64,000 bases of DNA, from NCBI GenBank assembly GCA_964188305.1, contig OZ076890.1. One strand, given 5' to 3'. Made by a program: the position numbers and the translations under genes. Positions 51,126 to 62,616 of the stretch are shown here, piece by piece. Numbering within the stretch: the first letter of the stretch is position 1; the number at the start of each line of letters is the position of its first letter. The DNA comes from Podarcis bocagei (Eukaryota). The notes below the pieces were generated by a model. That model was not told where the DNA came from. It ran no database searches and saw nothing but the letters and a program-made list of their open reading frames with translations.

Positions 51126-51318
51126 CTGTTCCTCCACAAAGGCATGGCAATTTTAATAGCACCAACAAAAGCACCTAATGTGATTAAGCTTGCAGCATCC
51201 CTGTGCAGGAGATGGAGCCAACTTTGTACACTGAATTTCCTGTGCAAAGAGGCATCTATCCTTTCACACAGAAATTGGGCAAAGTTGTTCTTCCTTCTCC
51301 CTCTTACAAAACGCAGTA

Positions 51319-51795
51319 CAGTCATACGTTGATTCTTGAACAGAATGCGTTCCAGGAGTCCATTGCCATTCAAAAACCAAGGTGCGGCTTCCGATTGGCT
51401 GCATGATCGTCCTGCAGCCAATTGGAAGCCGCAAAAGCCACACCGGATGTTTGGCTTTCAAAAATCATTTGAAAATCAGAACACTGACTTCCGGGAGCTG
51501 ATGGAGCTGATTTGTTTGAGACCCAAGGCATTTGAGATCCAAGGTACAGTGGCACCTCAGTTTAAGAATAGCCCTGTTTACGAACGATTCGGTTTATGAA
51601 CTCCGCAAAACCGGAAGTAGTGTCCCAGTTTGCGAACTTTACCTCGGTCTAAAAACAGAATCCAAACAGTGGAAGGGCACTGGCGGTGGGAGGCCTCATT
51701 AGGGAAAGCACGCCTTGGTTTTAGAATGGTTTTGGTTTAAGAACGGTCTTCCGGAATGGATTAAGTTCATAAACCGAGGTACCACTGTACAACTA
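51319..51795. mobile_element. Tigger-like MITE family A with a second MITE nested in its right TIR
   Basis: Homologous to 498-750; right TIR split as CCAAGGTA|insert|CAACTA. Confidence 0.8.
51547..51787 (-). mobile_element. Tigger-like MITE (divergent relative of family B)
   Basis: TA-CAGTGGCACCTC...GAGGTACCACTG-TA. Confidence 0.88.
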
Positions 51796-51816
51796 TACTA
51801 GGATTCAGAGACTTCC

Positions 51817-52135
51817 AAGGAAGCTCAATGTTGAAAGAGTCAAGGCAAAAAAAAAGGACTTCTCCACACAGTTAAACTATGGGATTCACTTCCATGAGAG
51901 GCAGTGATGGCTACCAAATTGGATGTCTTTAGAAGAGGATTAGACATAAGGCTACTAAGTGACCATCAATGGCTACTAGCTGCAATGGCTCTGAACAAAA
52001 GGTGCTAGGCTAGGACAGTGCTGTTGTGCTCAGATCTTGCTGGCAAGCTTCCCTTTGATATCTGGTTGGCGACTGTGACTACATAGTGCTGGACTACATA
52101 GGACTTTGGTCTGATCCAGTAGGCTCTTCTTATGG
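51817..52135 (+). mobile_element. Old CR1-type LINE 3' end
   Basis: TTCTCCACACAG, TTTAGAAGAGGATTAGAC, CCATCAATGGCTACTAGC and GGTCTGATCCAGTAGGCTCTTCTTATG tail. Confidence 0.7.
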
Positions 52136-52566
52136 TATTTATCTATGAAATGCTCTACCACTGAGCTATGGCCCTCCCCTTTTGCAGATTTTTACTGCAG
52201 TGTCTTCCCCAGTCAGCCCCCCTCCCGCCGCCACACTGCTCTCAGCAGATTTATACACAGACCAGGAACAAGATGCTCTCCCGTACATATAACCGCCAAA
52301 TACACATTCAATAAAATTATAATTTCTCGAATCAGCAAGGCAATTTCGTAACGCAGCGCACGAAAACTTCAATCAAATTAATGAGCCTTAAACGTGTTTG
52401 AATTAGCAGCTGAACTGCTTGGCTGGATTGGAGGCCCCCCCTAAAAAAAAAAAAAAATCAGTGGCAGAGTCAGGAATAGAATTCCTGAGCTCGTTGCTGT
52501 GAAATGAGTGCCTTTGCTTTTCTGCAGAACCGATGCAGAAAAAGGAACAGAGCAGCTGCATGGGAG

Positions 52567-52570
<4 letters not shown>

Positions 52571-52624
<54 letters not shown>
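52571..52624. repeat. (CT)n microsatellite
   Basis: Seen directly in the sequence. Confidence 0.98.
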
Positions 52625-52626
<2 letters not shown>

Positions 52627-52900
52627 AACTGGCCTGCTTGCCTGAGCATAGGGGGTGGGAGGTGGGCTTGAAATATGTGAGCAAAGATTTAAAGAGCTAA
52701 ACGCAGACGGCAAACTCAGCTGAGCTAACGGGGCAAACATAAAAGTGGACAAGTATTTGCAGCATAAATAGTGAAAGGAGAAGGGAGGGCTATTTAAAGG
52801 CGTGAAAAGTGGCCTGTGGAACGAAGACACTTCAGAATGTCTCCTCTGCTGAAAAGTTCAGGAAATGTACTCACCTGTCATAATATCCAGCTTTTATATA

Positions 52901-53101
52901 CAGTGGTACCTTGGGTTACAGATGCTTCAGGTTACACACTATAGTACCTCGGGTAAAGAACTTTGCTTCAGGATGAGAACAGAAATCGCGCGGTGGCAGC
53001 GGGAGGCCCCATTAGCTAAAGTGGTACCTCAGGTTAAGAACAGCTTCAGGTTAAGAATGGACCTCCGGAACGAATTAAGTTCTTAACCCGAGGTACCACT
53101 G
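52901..53101 (-). mobile_element. Tigger/pogo-like MITE, family B (internally deleted)
   Basis: TA TSD; CAGTGGTACCT TIRs. Confidence 0.92.
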
Positions 53102-54209
53102 TAGTGAAAAAGTGGTTTGCAGAGTACTTATTTAATATCCAAATGTCTTGCTGTGAAACAGCAAATGCAGCATTTATTGCACTTATCTTCTCTCCACAAA
53201 TACTGGAGGCGCAGGAGAACCACCATCCTTGAATAGACTCCCGTCTCTGTTTCCATTATCAGATGTTGAAAAACAGAATTTGTCATAGGGTTTGTATCAG
53301 GTGTGGTGAACTTTGCAGCTGGGGGGACCACATCCTCTCGTGGACAATCTTCCAAAGGTCACATGTCAAGTGGTGGGTGTGAGGTCAGAAGCAGAGGTAG
53401 CCACAGATGTGGCTCTTTTCTTTGTAGAATAGGCGATGTTTCAGTGATGCAAAAGTTAGGTTTCTACAAACACACACAAAATCTTTCCACTCTGCGTCCA
53501 GGCAAGGAAGAGGGATTGCCATAGTTCAAGGACAGATGACTTGTGTGCCAGGAAGAATCATAGAATAATTGTGTCTTATTCTCCCTCCACCCCAGCTAAT
53601 GAGCTCATAGCAAAGGCTGGAACCACCTCCCAAAAAACCTTCCTGATTCAACTAAATTGCCCCTTCCTTTCCTATTCTTGTTGCTACCATCCAGTTTGTC
53701 AAGTATGATTGGTCAATATCTTTTCCCATGACAGCTGAGCAAGACAAGGAATTGTGGCATCATCATTTCATCATTAACCAACCATCTCCCACCACAATTG
53801 GCACCATATAAATAAATAACTGGGCCTGCAGCATAGTCACTGGGCCCTTCCTCCTCTGTAATTTGTACAACCAGCCATCAAATGAAACTGTAAAACAAGC
53901 TTTTCGGTGAACCAAAATAATAACAGATGTACTGTAAATGTTCCCAGGCTCAAAACACCTTGGAGAAAGTTTGGGATCACATTCATCAAGTTGACTGCAC
54001 CTTGAATAGTCCTAACCATGTCTACTCAGATGTAAATACCATGAACTTCAATGGGACTGACACCCAGGTAAGACAGGTTAGGATTGCACCTTAAGTTGTT
54101 GAAGTCCATACTAAGTCAGCTACCATCAGATTTGTTGTTAAAAATATCATTTTAGTTTAGGGAAATAGTCTGATTTGGGTTTATTCTTCTTTCTATTGTA
54201 ACCAAGTTA

Positions 54210-54455
54210 CAGTGGTACCTCGGGTTGCATACGCTTCAAGGTTACATACGCTTCAGGTTACAGACTCCGCTAACCCAGAAATATTACCTCGGGTTAAGAA
54301 CTTTGCTTCAGGATAAGAACAGAAATCGTGCAGTGGTGGCGCAGCGGCAGCAAGAGGCCCCATTGGCTAATGTGGTGCTTCAGGTTAAGAACAGTTTCAG
54401 GTTAAGAACGGATCTCCGGAATGAATTAAGTACTTAACCCAGGGTACAGTCACTG
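54210..54455 (-). mobile_element. Tigger/pogo-like MITE, family B
   Basis: Left TIR intact; right TIR damaged (GGTACAGTCACTG). Confidence 0.9.
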
Positions 54456-54772
54456 TGAATGTGTTTGAATAAAGAGTATTCCTGTGTATATTATTATTAC
54501 CATACTGGGTTTACCAGGATGCTCTGCACAGTGATTCTATTTTTTTTCAAGAGCATCAGAGCAATCAATCTGCTTTTGATTTTGGCTGTCATTTACAAAG
54601 TAAAATGAAGTACTTTCAAGATACTGAATGGACTCTTCCCCTAACATTGGCTGGGATCCGAAACAAAAGCTGCTTTAGGCATGCCCAAGTTCTTGGGCGT
54701 GACCAATGGGATTTCTCTTTTCCCCGCCCCCTCTAAACAGCAGGCCCCTCTGCCATGCCATGCAAAAAATAA

Positions 54773-55284
54773 AATCATAGAATCATAGAATCATAGAATC
54801 ATAGAGTTGGAAGAGACCACAAGGGCCATCGAGTCCAACCCCCTGCCAAGCAGGAAACACCATCAGAGCACTCCTGACATATGGTTGTCAAGCCTCTGCT
54901 TAAAGACCTCCAAAGTAGGAGACTCCACCACACTCCTTGGCAGCAAATTCCACTGTCGAACAGCTCTTACTGTCAGGAAGTTCTTCCTAATGTTTAGGTG
55001 GAATCTTCTTTCTTGTAGTTTGGATCCATTGCTCCGTGTCCGCTTCTCTGGAGCAGCAGAAAACAACCTTTCTCCCTCCTCTATGTGACATCCTTTTATA
55101 TATTTGAACATGGCTATCATATCACCCCTTAACCTCCTCTTCTCCAGGCTAAACATGCCCAGCTCCCTTAGCCGTTCCTCATAAGGCATCATTTCCAGGC
55201 CTTTGACCATTTTGGTTGCCCTCCTCTGGACACGTTCCAGTTTGTCAGTGTCCTTCTTGAATTGTGGTGCCCAGAACTGGACAC
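54773..55284 (-). mobile_element. Young CR1 LINE 3' fragment with open ORF2 C-terminus
   Basis: [54 protein letters not shown]...QWNLLP; (ATTCTATG)n 8-bp tail. Confidence 0.97.
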
Positions 55285-55550
55285 GAAATAAAAATGTTTT
55301 GCACGAAATAAAAATGTTTTTGAAAGTTCTCTTAGTTTCAGAAGGTTTTGCCTTGCACGAATGGGGTAAGGAGGCTGCTGATAAAGGAAAACACAAGCTC
55401 AAAGCCTGCTTGGGTATATGGAAATAGCTGTGTGGTTCCTTTGATTCTGGTCTTGGCTTCCTATGTCATATGCCAACCTCCAGATGTTTTGGACTCTAAC
55501 TCCCATTGGCCCCAGCCAGCACAGCCAATGTTTAAGGATAATGGGATGTA

Positions 55551-55902
55551 TAAAGGTAAAGGGACCCCTGACCATTAGGTGCAGTCGTGACCAACTCTGG
55601 GGTTGCGGCGCTCATCTCGCTTTATTGGCCGAGGGAGCTGGTGTACAGCTTCTGAGTCATGTGGCCAGTATGATTAAGCCGCTTCTGGTGAACCAGAGCA
55701 GTGCATGGAGACGCCGTTTACCCTCCCGCTGGAGCGGTACCTATTTATCTACTTGCACTTTGACGTGCTTTTGAACTGCAAGGTTGGCAGGAGCAGGGAC
55801 CGAGCAACAGGAGCTCACCCCGTCACGGGGATTCGAACCACTGATCTTCTGATTGGCAAGTCCTAGGCTCTGTGGTTTAACCCACAGCACCACCCATGTC
55901 CC
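55551..55902 (-). mobile_element. Sauria SINE
   Basis: Full length; TSD AATGGGATGTA/AATGAGATGTA; inserted in a hAT MITE remnant. Confidence 0.95.
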
Positions 55903-56525
55903 AATGAGATGTAGAGTATGGGTGTAATCAGATCTGGGCCCTGGGCTGATTTGGGGGGTTTGCAATGTCACATGGTTGCAGGGGGAGAAAGAGATGTGCC
56001 CAAGGACATGTTTAAACAGGGAAAAGGAGACACATGCAGGCTGCCTGTGGATCTCCTTCTCCCCACTCCTTATTGCTAGACTACCACCCCTTTTGGCAGC
56101 CCTGAATTTCTCCAGATGGAGCCGATCTGACCCAGGGTGATCCTGGGCCTCCTTAATCCAATCCTGCCAAATCTTGGGCTTATCCAAATCAGACTAATTC
56201 TGTTTGGTACCCTGGATTAAGCTGGATCCAATGCAGAGCCCTAATTTGTAGTCCACAGCACCTGGAGGATGAAAGGTTGGAATAAGTCTGGAGTAGATGA
56301 TGCAGGGATAGACAAAGAATCTGACCTAGTAAAAAGCAACTTCATATATTTCCAGATTGTGCTTGACTTAATCATCCCCATAAGCTGCGGTCCTCTTCCC
56401 ATTAAAAGTAAAATGAATTTTAATATTATGTCAATGGAAATAGACTGGAACTCTTCCAAGAGTAAGTAGGCTTTGTCTGGGGGGGGGGGGGAGGGAAACC
56501 TACACCCAGTTATTCAGATTACCAC

Positions 56526-57010
56526 TGTCACGGTCTGGTTCACAGGCGATTGAAGTCCGGGCTGGGGACGTCGGGAACTGGGTCAAGATGGCGGGGTGGG
56601 AGCAGGAACAGGAGTCCAGAAGCCAGATGTCAGAAAGTCAAGAGTCCGAGGGTTAGGATGCAAGGAGTCACGAAGTCAGGGGTGCAAGGATCAAGAAGCA
56701 AGGAGTCACGAAGTCAGGGGTGCAAGGATCAAGAAGCAAGGAGTCACGACGTCTGGGGTCTGAGGATCAAGAAGTCAGGGGTCAAGGAGTCAAAAGCAGC
56801 AAGGCAGGGAACGTGTTGCTGTGGCAAAGAGGCGAAGGGAAAATGCTGACCTTATATCCCTTCCCGGCTCTTGCCACCAGGTGCTATGACTTACCAATCA
56901 GCCTCACCTGAGGCTGCGCCTTGCCTCTTCAGAACAAACTTAGGAACGCCCCAGTCCTGCAGAGTCCTCTTGGTCACAGGGCCTGGCTCCTGCACACTGC
57001 ACACCTGACA
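56526..57010 (-). mobile_element. Solo LTR (485 bp, Gypsy-like) with an internal 38-bp tandem repeat
   Basis: TGTCA...TGACA termini; perfect TSD ACCAC; repeat at 56660-56773; CTTATAT (TATA on the minus strand). Confidence 0.92.
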
Positions 57011-57253
57011 ACCACCTTAAGTATTTTCATGCAAAGAGAGCAAGGGTGGTTAGTTACGTTTTTATGTTCATTATAAACTAATGAATAAATGAATAGGATT
57101 GTTTGAGAGAGGATACAGTTTAAATAAAATGCAACACCTAACACAATGGCCAAATTGGGATGGGGCTGCTGGAGGGGGGAAAGAAATGACGCCTGCCCAA
57201 GTAACTATTCTAACTAAAGACAGATAATATAAACCACTAAGACACAGACACTA

Positions 57254-57632
57254 GGGGACACGGGTGGTGCTGTGGTCTAAACCACTGAGCCTTGGGCTTG
57301 CCGATCAAAAGGTCGGTGGTTCGAATCCCCGCGACAGGGTGAGCTCCCATTGCTCGGTCCCAGCTCCTGCCAACCTAGCAGTTTGAAAGCACTTCAAAGT
57401 GCAAGAAGATAAATAGGCAGGAAGGTAAACGGTGTTTCTGTGCACTGCTCTGGTTTCGGTGTTCTGTTGCGCAAGAAGCGGCTTAGTCATGCTGGCCACA
57501 TGACCCGGAAAAACTGTCTGTGGGGAGGGCAAACGCCAGCTCCCTCGGCCTGTAAAGTGAGATGAGCGCCACAACCCTAGAGTTGTTCACAACTGGACTT
57601 AACTGTCAGGGGTCCCTTTACCTTTACCTTTA
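57254..57632 (+). mobile_element. Sauria SINE whose tail runs into the assembly gap
   Basis: Head GGGGACACGGGTGG; (ACCTTT)n tail ends at the N run. Confidence 0.95.
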
Positions 57633-57775
57633 NNNNNNNNNNNNNNNNNNNNNNNNNNNNNNNNNNNNNNNNNNNNNNNNNNNNNNNNNNNNNNNNNNNN
57701 NNNNNNNNNNNNNNNNNNNNNNNNNNNNNNNNNNNNNNNNNNNNNNNNNNNNNNNNNNNNNNNNNNNNNNNNNNN
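57633..57775. other. Assembly gap (143 N)
   Basis: Run of N. Confidence 1.
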
Positions 57776-58849
57776 AATAACAGGCAGGCTGAATAAAAAT
57801 GCCACTGACAAGCATGGCAGAGTTTCAGTTTCCATATTGTTTTGGAAAGCATGCATGAGGCAAGTTCACCTTTAAACATGAACATCTCCCATACCCCTAT
57901 CTGGAAATACTACAGCATAAGGACATAATCATAACCATTGCACCCTCAATTACTAAGTGTGGGATAATTACAGACAAATGGGAAGGAATTTTTGCAATAA
58001 TCTCCAAGTCTTGCCCATCCAGTTCCTTCACCTTATTCTTTCAAACAACAGTATTCATTCAGTACAAAAAATACATGATACATTCTTGGTTTAGTAATCT
58101 GACCTCTTCCCCCCCCCCCCAACACACACTTCTTTTTTTACCAACTCCTTCATATAGTATATTTGGCCTTCCTCCTAATCCTCCTAGGAATTCCAGACAC
58201 ATTTTGCTTATTATTCTAAAGATTTATTTAATAATATTCATTGGGAGTCAGTTAAATAGACATGGAACCCCAAGAAACACATTCACTGGTATATAACATC
58301 ATACAGAATATTGGTTTAGCTGGCTAACCTATGCCTTGATCATCAGGTATAATAATATTTGCTGGTGGATCTGGTGTAGGTTTAGGTTGACCGCCTTTCA
58401 TAACCAATACCTCATTTACAAAAGTAAATTACACAGCTATGCTCTTTCCCCCTTCTACCTTGAAATAATATTAGCATAAGAAGGTCAACCTCACTGTTAG
58501 GTAGGGTAAGGCAAGGTGAGAGTGTTTCTGAGATACTGAAAGAAGGCAGCAGATTGTGAAATATTTACCTATTATTATACTTTGGGTGTGGCACCATTTA
58601 GTTTTTCTGCCTTGGGCACCAGAATACTGCTGCATATAGGAGAAAGAATCCTGTTTCAAAGCAGCTACTTTGTTTTTGTTTTTTTAATTGCATCTTTATT
58701 TATTTGTATGCTGTTTACTTGCCAAAGTGGCTTCTAAGCCATTTGCAAGTATAAAGCCACACATATAATAGAAATACACATTAGAACACTTTCATCAAAA
58801 TAAACACCCACAATGAAAATGCAGAATAAAGCAAGCCCAATAAAATGGC

Positions 58850-59127
58850 AAGGAAATCAGCCCTGAGTGTTCACTGGAAGGACAGATCCTGAAGCTGTGG
58901 CTCCAATACTTTGGCCACCTCATAAGAAGAGAAGACTCCCTGATGTTGGGAAAGATGGAGGGCACAAGGAGAAGGGGACGACAGAGGACGAGATGGTTGG
59001 ACAGTGTTCTCGAAGCTACCAGCATGAGTTTGACCAAACTGCGGGAGCCAGTGGAAGACAGAAGTGCCTGGCGTGCTCTGATCCATGGGGTCACGAAGAG
59101 TCGGACACAACTAAACAACAACAACAA
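58850..59127 (+). mobile_element. Bov-B LINE 3' fragment
   Basis: 12-bp TSD CAATAAAATGGC; MLGKMEGTRRRGRQRTRWLD; small internal deletion. Confidence 0.96.
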
Positions 59128-59159
59128 CAATAAAATGGCGCAACAATTGAGAGAGTTGA

Positions 59160-59490
59160 AATGATTGATCTGGCACATTCATTGCCACACCTGCAGACGT
59201 AAAGCAGAAGCAGAGCTGCGTGTCATCAACATATAGTTGACAAAGTATTCCAAAGATCCAGGTGACCTCACTCAGCAGTTTCCTGGAGATGTTAAACGTC
59301 ACAGGGGTTAAAAATGAACCCTGTGGAATCCCGCACATAAAACACCATGGGGATGAACAACACTCCCAAGCACTACCCTCTGAAAACAACCATCCAAGTA
59401 GGACTGTAACCATCACAAAGTGGTGCCATCCACCCTCAGCTCAGAAAGCTGCTCCAGAAGAACACCATAACTAATGATACTAAAAGCCGC
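59160..59490 (-). mobile_element. Degraded L2 reverse transcriptase fragment
   Basis: CGIPQGSFLTP and LYVDDTQL match RT motifs GVPQGS and YADD. Confidence 0.85.
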
Positions 59491-59564
59491 TGATCTTGAT
59501 GTTCTTACTGGGCAGTGTAGGCAAAGATTTCCATATTCCATCTGAGGTAACCCATTCTAGAGTT

Positions 59565-59699
59565 CCAGTAGTAGATAGGTAGCTGTGTTGGTCTGCCATA
59601 GTCAAAATAAAAAAATTCCTTCCAGTAGCACCTTAAAGACCAACTAAGTTAGTTCTTGGTATGAGCTTTCGTGTGCATGCACACTTCTTCAGATACACA
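59565..59699 (-). mobile_element. Penelope-like terminal fragment
   Basis: Near-identical to 49160-49291; CTAGAGTT at both flanks. Confidence 0.85.
59659..59696 (-). ncRNA. Minimal type I hammerhead ribozyme motif, C at the cleavage site
   Basis: Minus strand reads GTAT CTGAAGA A GTGTGCATGCACAC GAAA GCT C ATAC. Confidence 0.75.
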
Positions 59700-59730
59700 C
59701 TAGAGTTGTTAATGGCTTTATATGTAAGTA

Positions 59731-60086
59731 AAGGTAAAGGTCAAGGGACCCCTGACCATTAGGTTCAGTCACGAACGACTCTGGGGTTTTGGCGCTCATC
59801 TCGCTTTACTGGCCAAGGGAGCCGGCGTACAGCTTCCGGGTCATGTGGCCAGCATGACTAAGCCGCTTCTGGTGAACCAGAGCAGCACACGGAAACGCCG
59901 TTTACCTTCCCGCCGGAGCAGTACCTATTTATCTACTTGCACTTTGACGTGCTTTCGAACTGCTAGGTTGGCAGGAGCAGGGACCGAGCAACAGGAGCTC
60001 ACCCCGTTACGGGGATTTGAACCACCAACCTTCTGATCGGCAAGTCCTAGGCTCAGTGGTTTAACCCACAGCGCCACCCGCGTCCC
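59731..60086 (-). mobile_element. Sauria SINE
   Basis: Full length; flanked by TTTATATGTAAGTA. Confidence 0.96.
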
Positions 60087-60100
60087 TTTATATGTAAGTA

Positions 60101-60467
60101 AGGTAAAGGTAAAGATACCCCTGCCTGTACGGGCCAGTCGTGTCCGACTCTAGGGTTGTGCACCCATCTCACTTAAGAGGCCGGAGGCCAGCGCCGTCCG
60201 AAGACACTTCCAGGTCACGTGGCCAGTGTGACGAAGCTGCTCTGGCGAGCCTGCACCAGCGCAGCACATGGAAACGCCGTTTACCTTCCCGCTATAAAGC
60301 GGTACCTATTTATCTACTTGCACTTAGGGATGCTTTCAAACTGCTAGGTGGGCAGGAGCTGGGACTGAACGATGGGAGCTCACCCCGCCACGGGGATTCG
60401 AACCGCTGACCATACGATCGGCAAGTCCTAGGCACTGAGGTTTTACCCACAGCACCACCCGCATCCC
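60101..60467 (-). mobile_element. Sauria SINE, different subfamily
   Basis: Diagnostic differences (GATACCCCTGCCTGTACGGGCC, GAAGACACTTCC); flanked by TATATGTAAGTA. Confidence 0.94.
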
Positions 60468-61301
60468 TATATGTAAGTAGCAAGCCCTTAAAATTGGTTC
60501 AGTGGCTGATAAGCCACCAGCACCTATTATGATGTTACTGTTTTATTTTTATAAGCCACCTCAAATCTGTATGGAAAGACAGCCTGCAAATCACAGCATA
60601 AAAAACCCTCCCGGACCCAGAGGTTTTCTGTTTCTGCTGTCGGTATTAACACCATCTCCAAGATTCTAGCAAGCGTCGCATTGCTTGCATTAACTCTCAG
60701 CCATTAAAAATGTGTGTAAACGCCACAATGACAAGTGCTCGCTGTCCACAAGGCTTGTAAAAGTTTACTTCAAACAATTGGCGCTATCAGATAATTCAGT
60801 CTGTGGAATGCAAGAACCCCCTTTCTTTGCATTTGTTTTTATGTTTTCCTTATTTTGAAGTGGTTGAGTGGTCCATCTACCCACCGAGTCGTTTCCTTAC
60901 AAGTTTTCGTTTTAATTAATAGACTTGTGAATAACCACAATTGCCTTGTGGGACACACAAAATGCTAAGCAGATGACTAAGCTTGCAGTGGAGCAATCCG
61001 CTCAGTACAGTTTTGCCTTAATTTAATTCATACATGATCGAAGGCGGCAGAGGGAAAAGAGGCCGAGAGGAGCATGGCAATTATGTTGCTTAATGTATAG
61101 CTCTGGTCCTGTTTCAAATTAAAAGGAGTCCCTTGTGTACAGAACCTAATGTTCATAAAAGCAAAAGCAACGTTTTTGATTTATGGTCACCTGTTTGCAT
61201 GCTATTGATCTTGGGAGGGGATGGGCATTGGAATGCATCTAAAGGGGGGGTGGGCATTAATGTAGCATTTCATAGATCTTTGGCAATTTGCTCACCAACT
61301 A

Positions 61302-61450
61302 AGGGGGCATGGCTCAGTGGTAGAGCATCTTCTTGGCACGTTCAATCCATGGCATCTCCATGTGGGAAACCCTGGAGAGCCACTGCCAGTCAGTGTAGAC
61401 AACACTGGACCAATGGTCTGACTCAGTAGAAAGTATGTTCATATGTTCCC
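61302..61450 (+). mobile_element. Squam2-type SINE (internally deleted)
   Basis: GGCTCAGTGGTAGAGCATC A box; GTTCAATCC B box; CCCTGGAGAGCCACTGCCAGTCAGTGTAGAC body. Confidence 0.8.
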
Positions 61451-61560
61451 ACCTGTTCATATGTTCCTCCCTGAAATATCACCTGCATAGATTTAAAAGA
61501 TCACTTAGATTATCTGGGGGAAATTCTACTCATGGTACCTCACTCTACATTTTCAGGTTA

Positions 61561-61855
61561 TTCTTCTTCTTTCTTCTTTGGCGATCACTCATAGCCAAGT
61601 AAGATTGTCTTCTATAAACAATGTTTTAACAGTGAGTCTGTAAGTGACTGTGGAGGCCAGTTCTGGATCCACACGTCCTTCCACAGTGGGGACATAGATT
61701 TCCGGGTGGGAGTTGATCATGGGAGGGTTTGCCAAGCGTGCCTTCCTCTTAGCACATTTCTCCCTTTCATCCGGAGTTTGAGTGTCTTCAAAGCCCATGA
61801 CACCTTTGGTAAAGGCTGTTCTCCAATTGGAGCGCTTGCAGGCCAGTGTTTCCCG
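61561..61855 (-). mobile_element. RTE-clade LINE 3' end (not Bov-B) with a C-terminal zinc finger
   Basis: ETLACKRSNWRTAFTKGVMGFE...KRKAR, then after a frameshift CPHCGRTCGSRTGLHSHLQTH; (GAA)n tail. Confidence 0.85.
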
Positions 61856-62616
61856 GTAATAAGGTGGTGACCTGAAAGTGGACATTTTTTGCTTTTACTG
61901 TGGGATACCTTTCCCTGCTTCAGATGTTTTCTAATTACCATTCACCATGGCTTCAGTGAACAGATTTTTTAAGGCAATGGTATTTCAAAAAAATACTCTT
62001 TTCAAGAGTAAAGTTTAGGAGAATCTAGAGATCTGGGTTAGTTATTAGCAACATTAGACTAGGCCTATGGTTTTCAAATTGGAGAGCTAGCCTAGCTCTC
62101 AGAGGTGTAAATCAGTGGCATGCTTCTTTCACATGGCCTCTGTGGATTAAGATGCCCAGGACTGAACTGAGGACCTTATGCAAGCAAAGTAGATGCTCTG
62201 CTACTGAGCTAATAGTAACCCTGGGATTCTTCAATTGGTTGAGCTGGGAGAGCTCAGTCAACCTGCGAAGACATCCTGCTGCTTTCTGAGGAGGATGCTG
62301 AGCTCACTAAAATGGGCAGGCAGAGAATCATCGCAGCATCCACAGTGGCCCCCGTGGATAAAACAATTTGAGGAGGCTTAAATGTTTGCTTTCTTGAATT
62401 AGGCTTGCCAACTCCAAACAGTCTGCAAAAGATGCATGTTGGCCTGTTTCCGACAACACTGCATGTAGAAGAATATTAGGAAATTCCTCTACTTGAGTAA
62501 CGTTTTGTTCATGCTTAGGAGGTCTTGACTGTAGGGTATTTAGAAGTTATGACTGTGGGGAAAACCAGTAAACTCTGAAGCCTGTCACTGGTTTGGCACT
62601 GGATCACTAATAAGCA

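Noticed and set aside
54863-55402. Longest ORF (179 aa) as a host gene
   Set aside because: It is the CR1 ORF2 C-terminus fused to flanking sequence; 5'-truncated with no RT core.
56660-56773. 38-bp direct repeats as a CRISPR array
   Set aside because: Head-to-tail with no spacers, inside a eukaryotic LTR, and no cas genes.
57562-57885. ORFs containing X runs
   Set aside because: Artefacts of the N gap.
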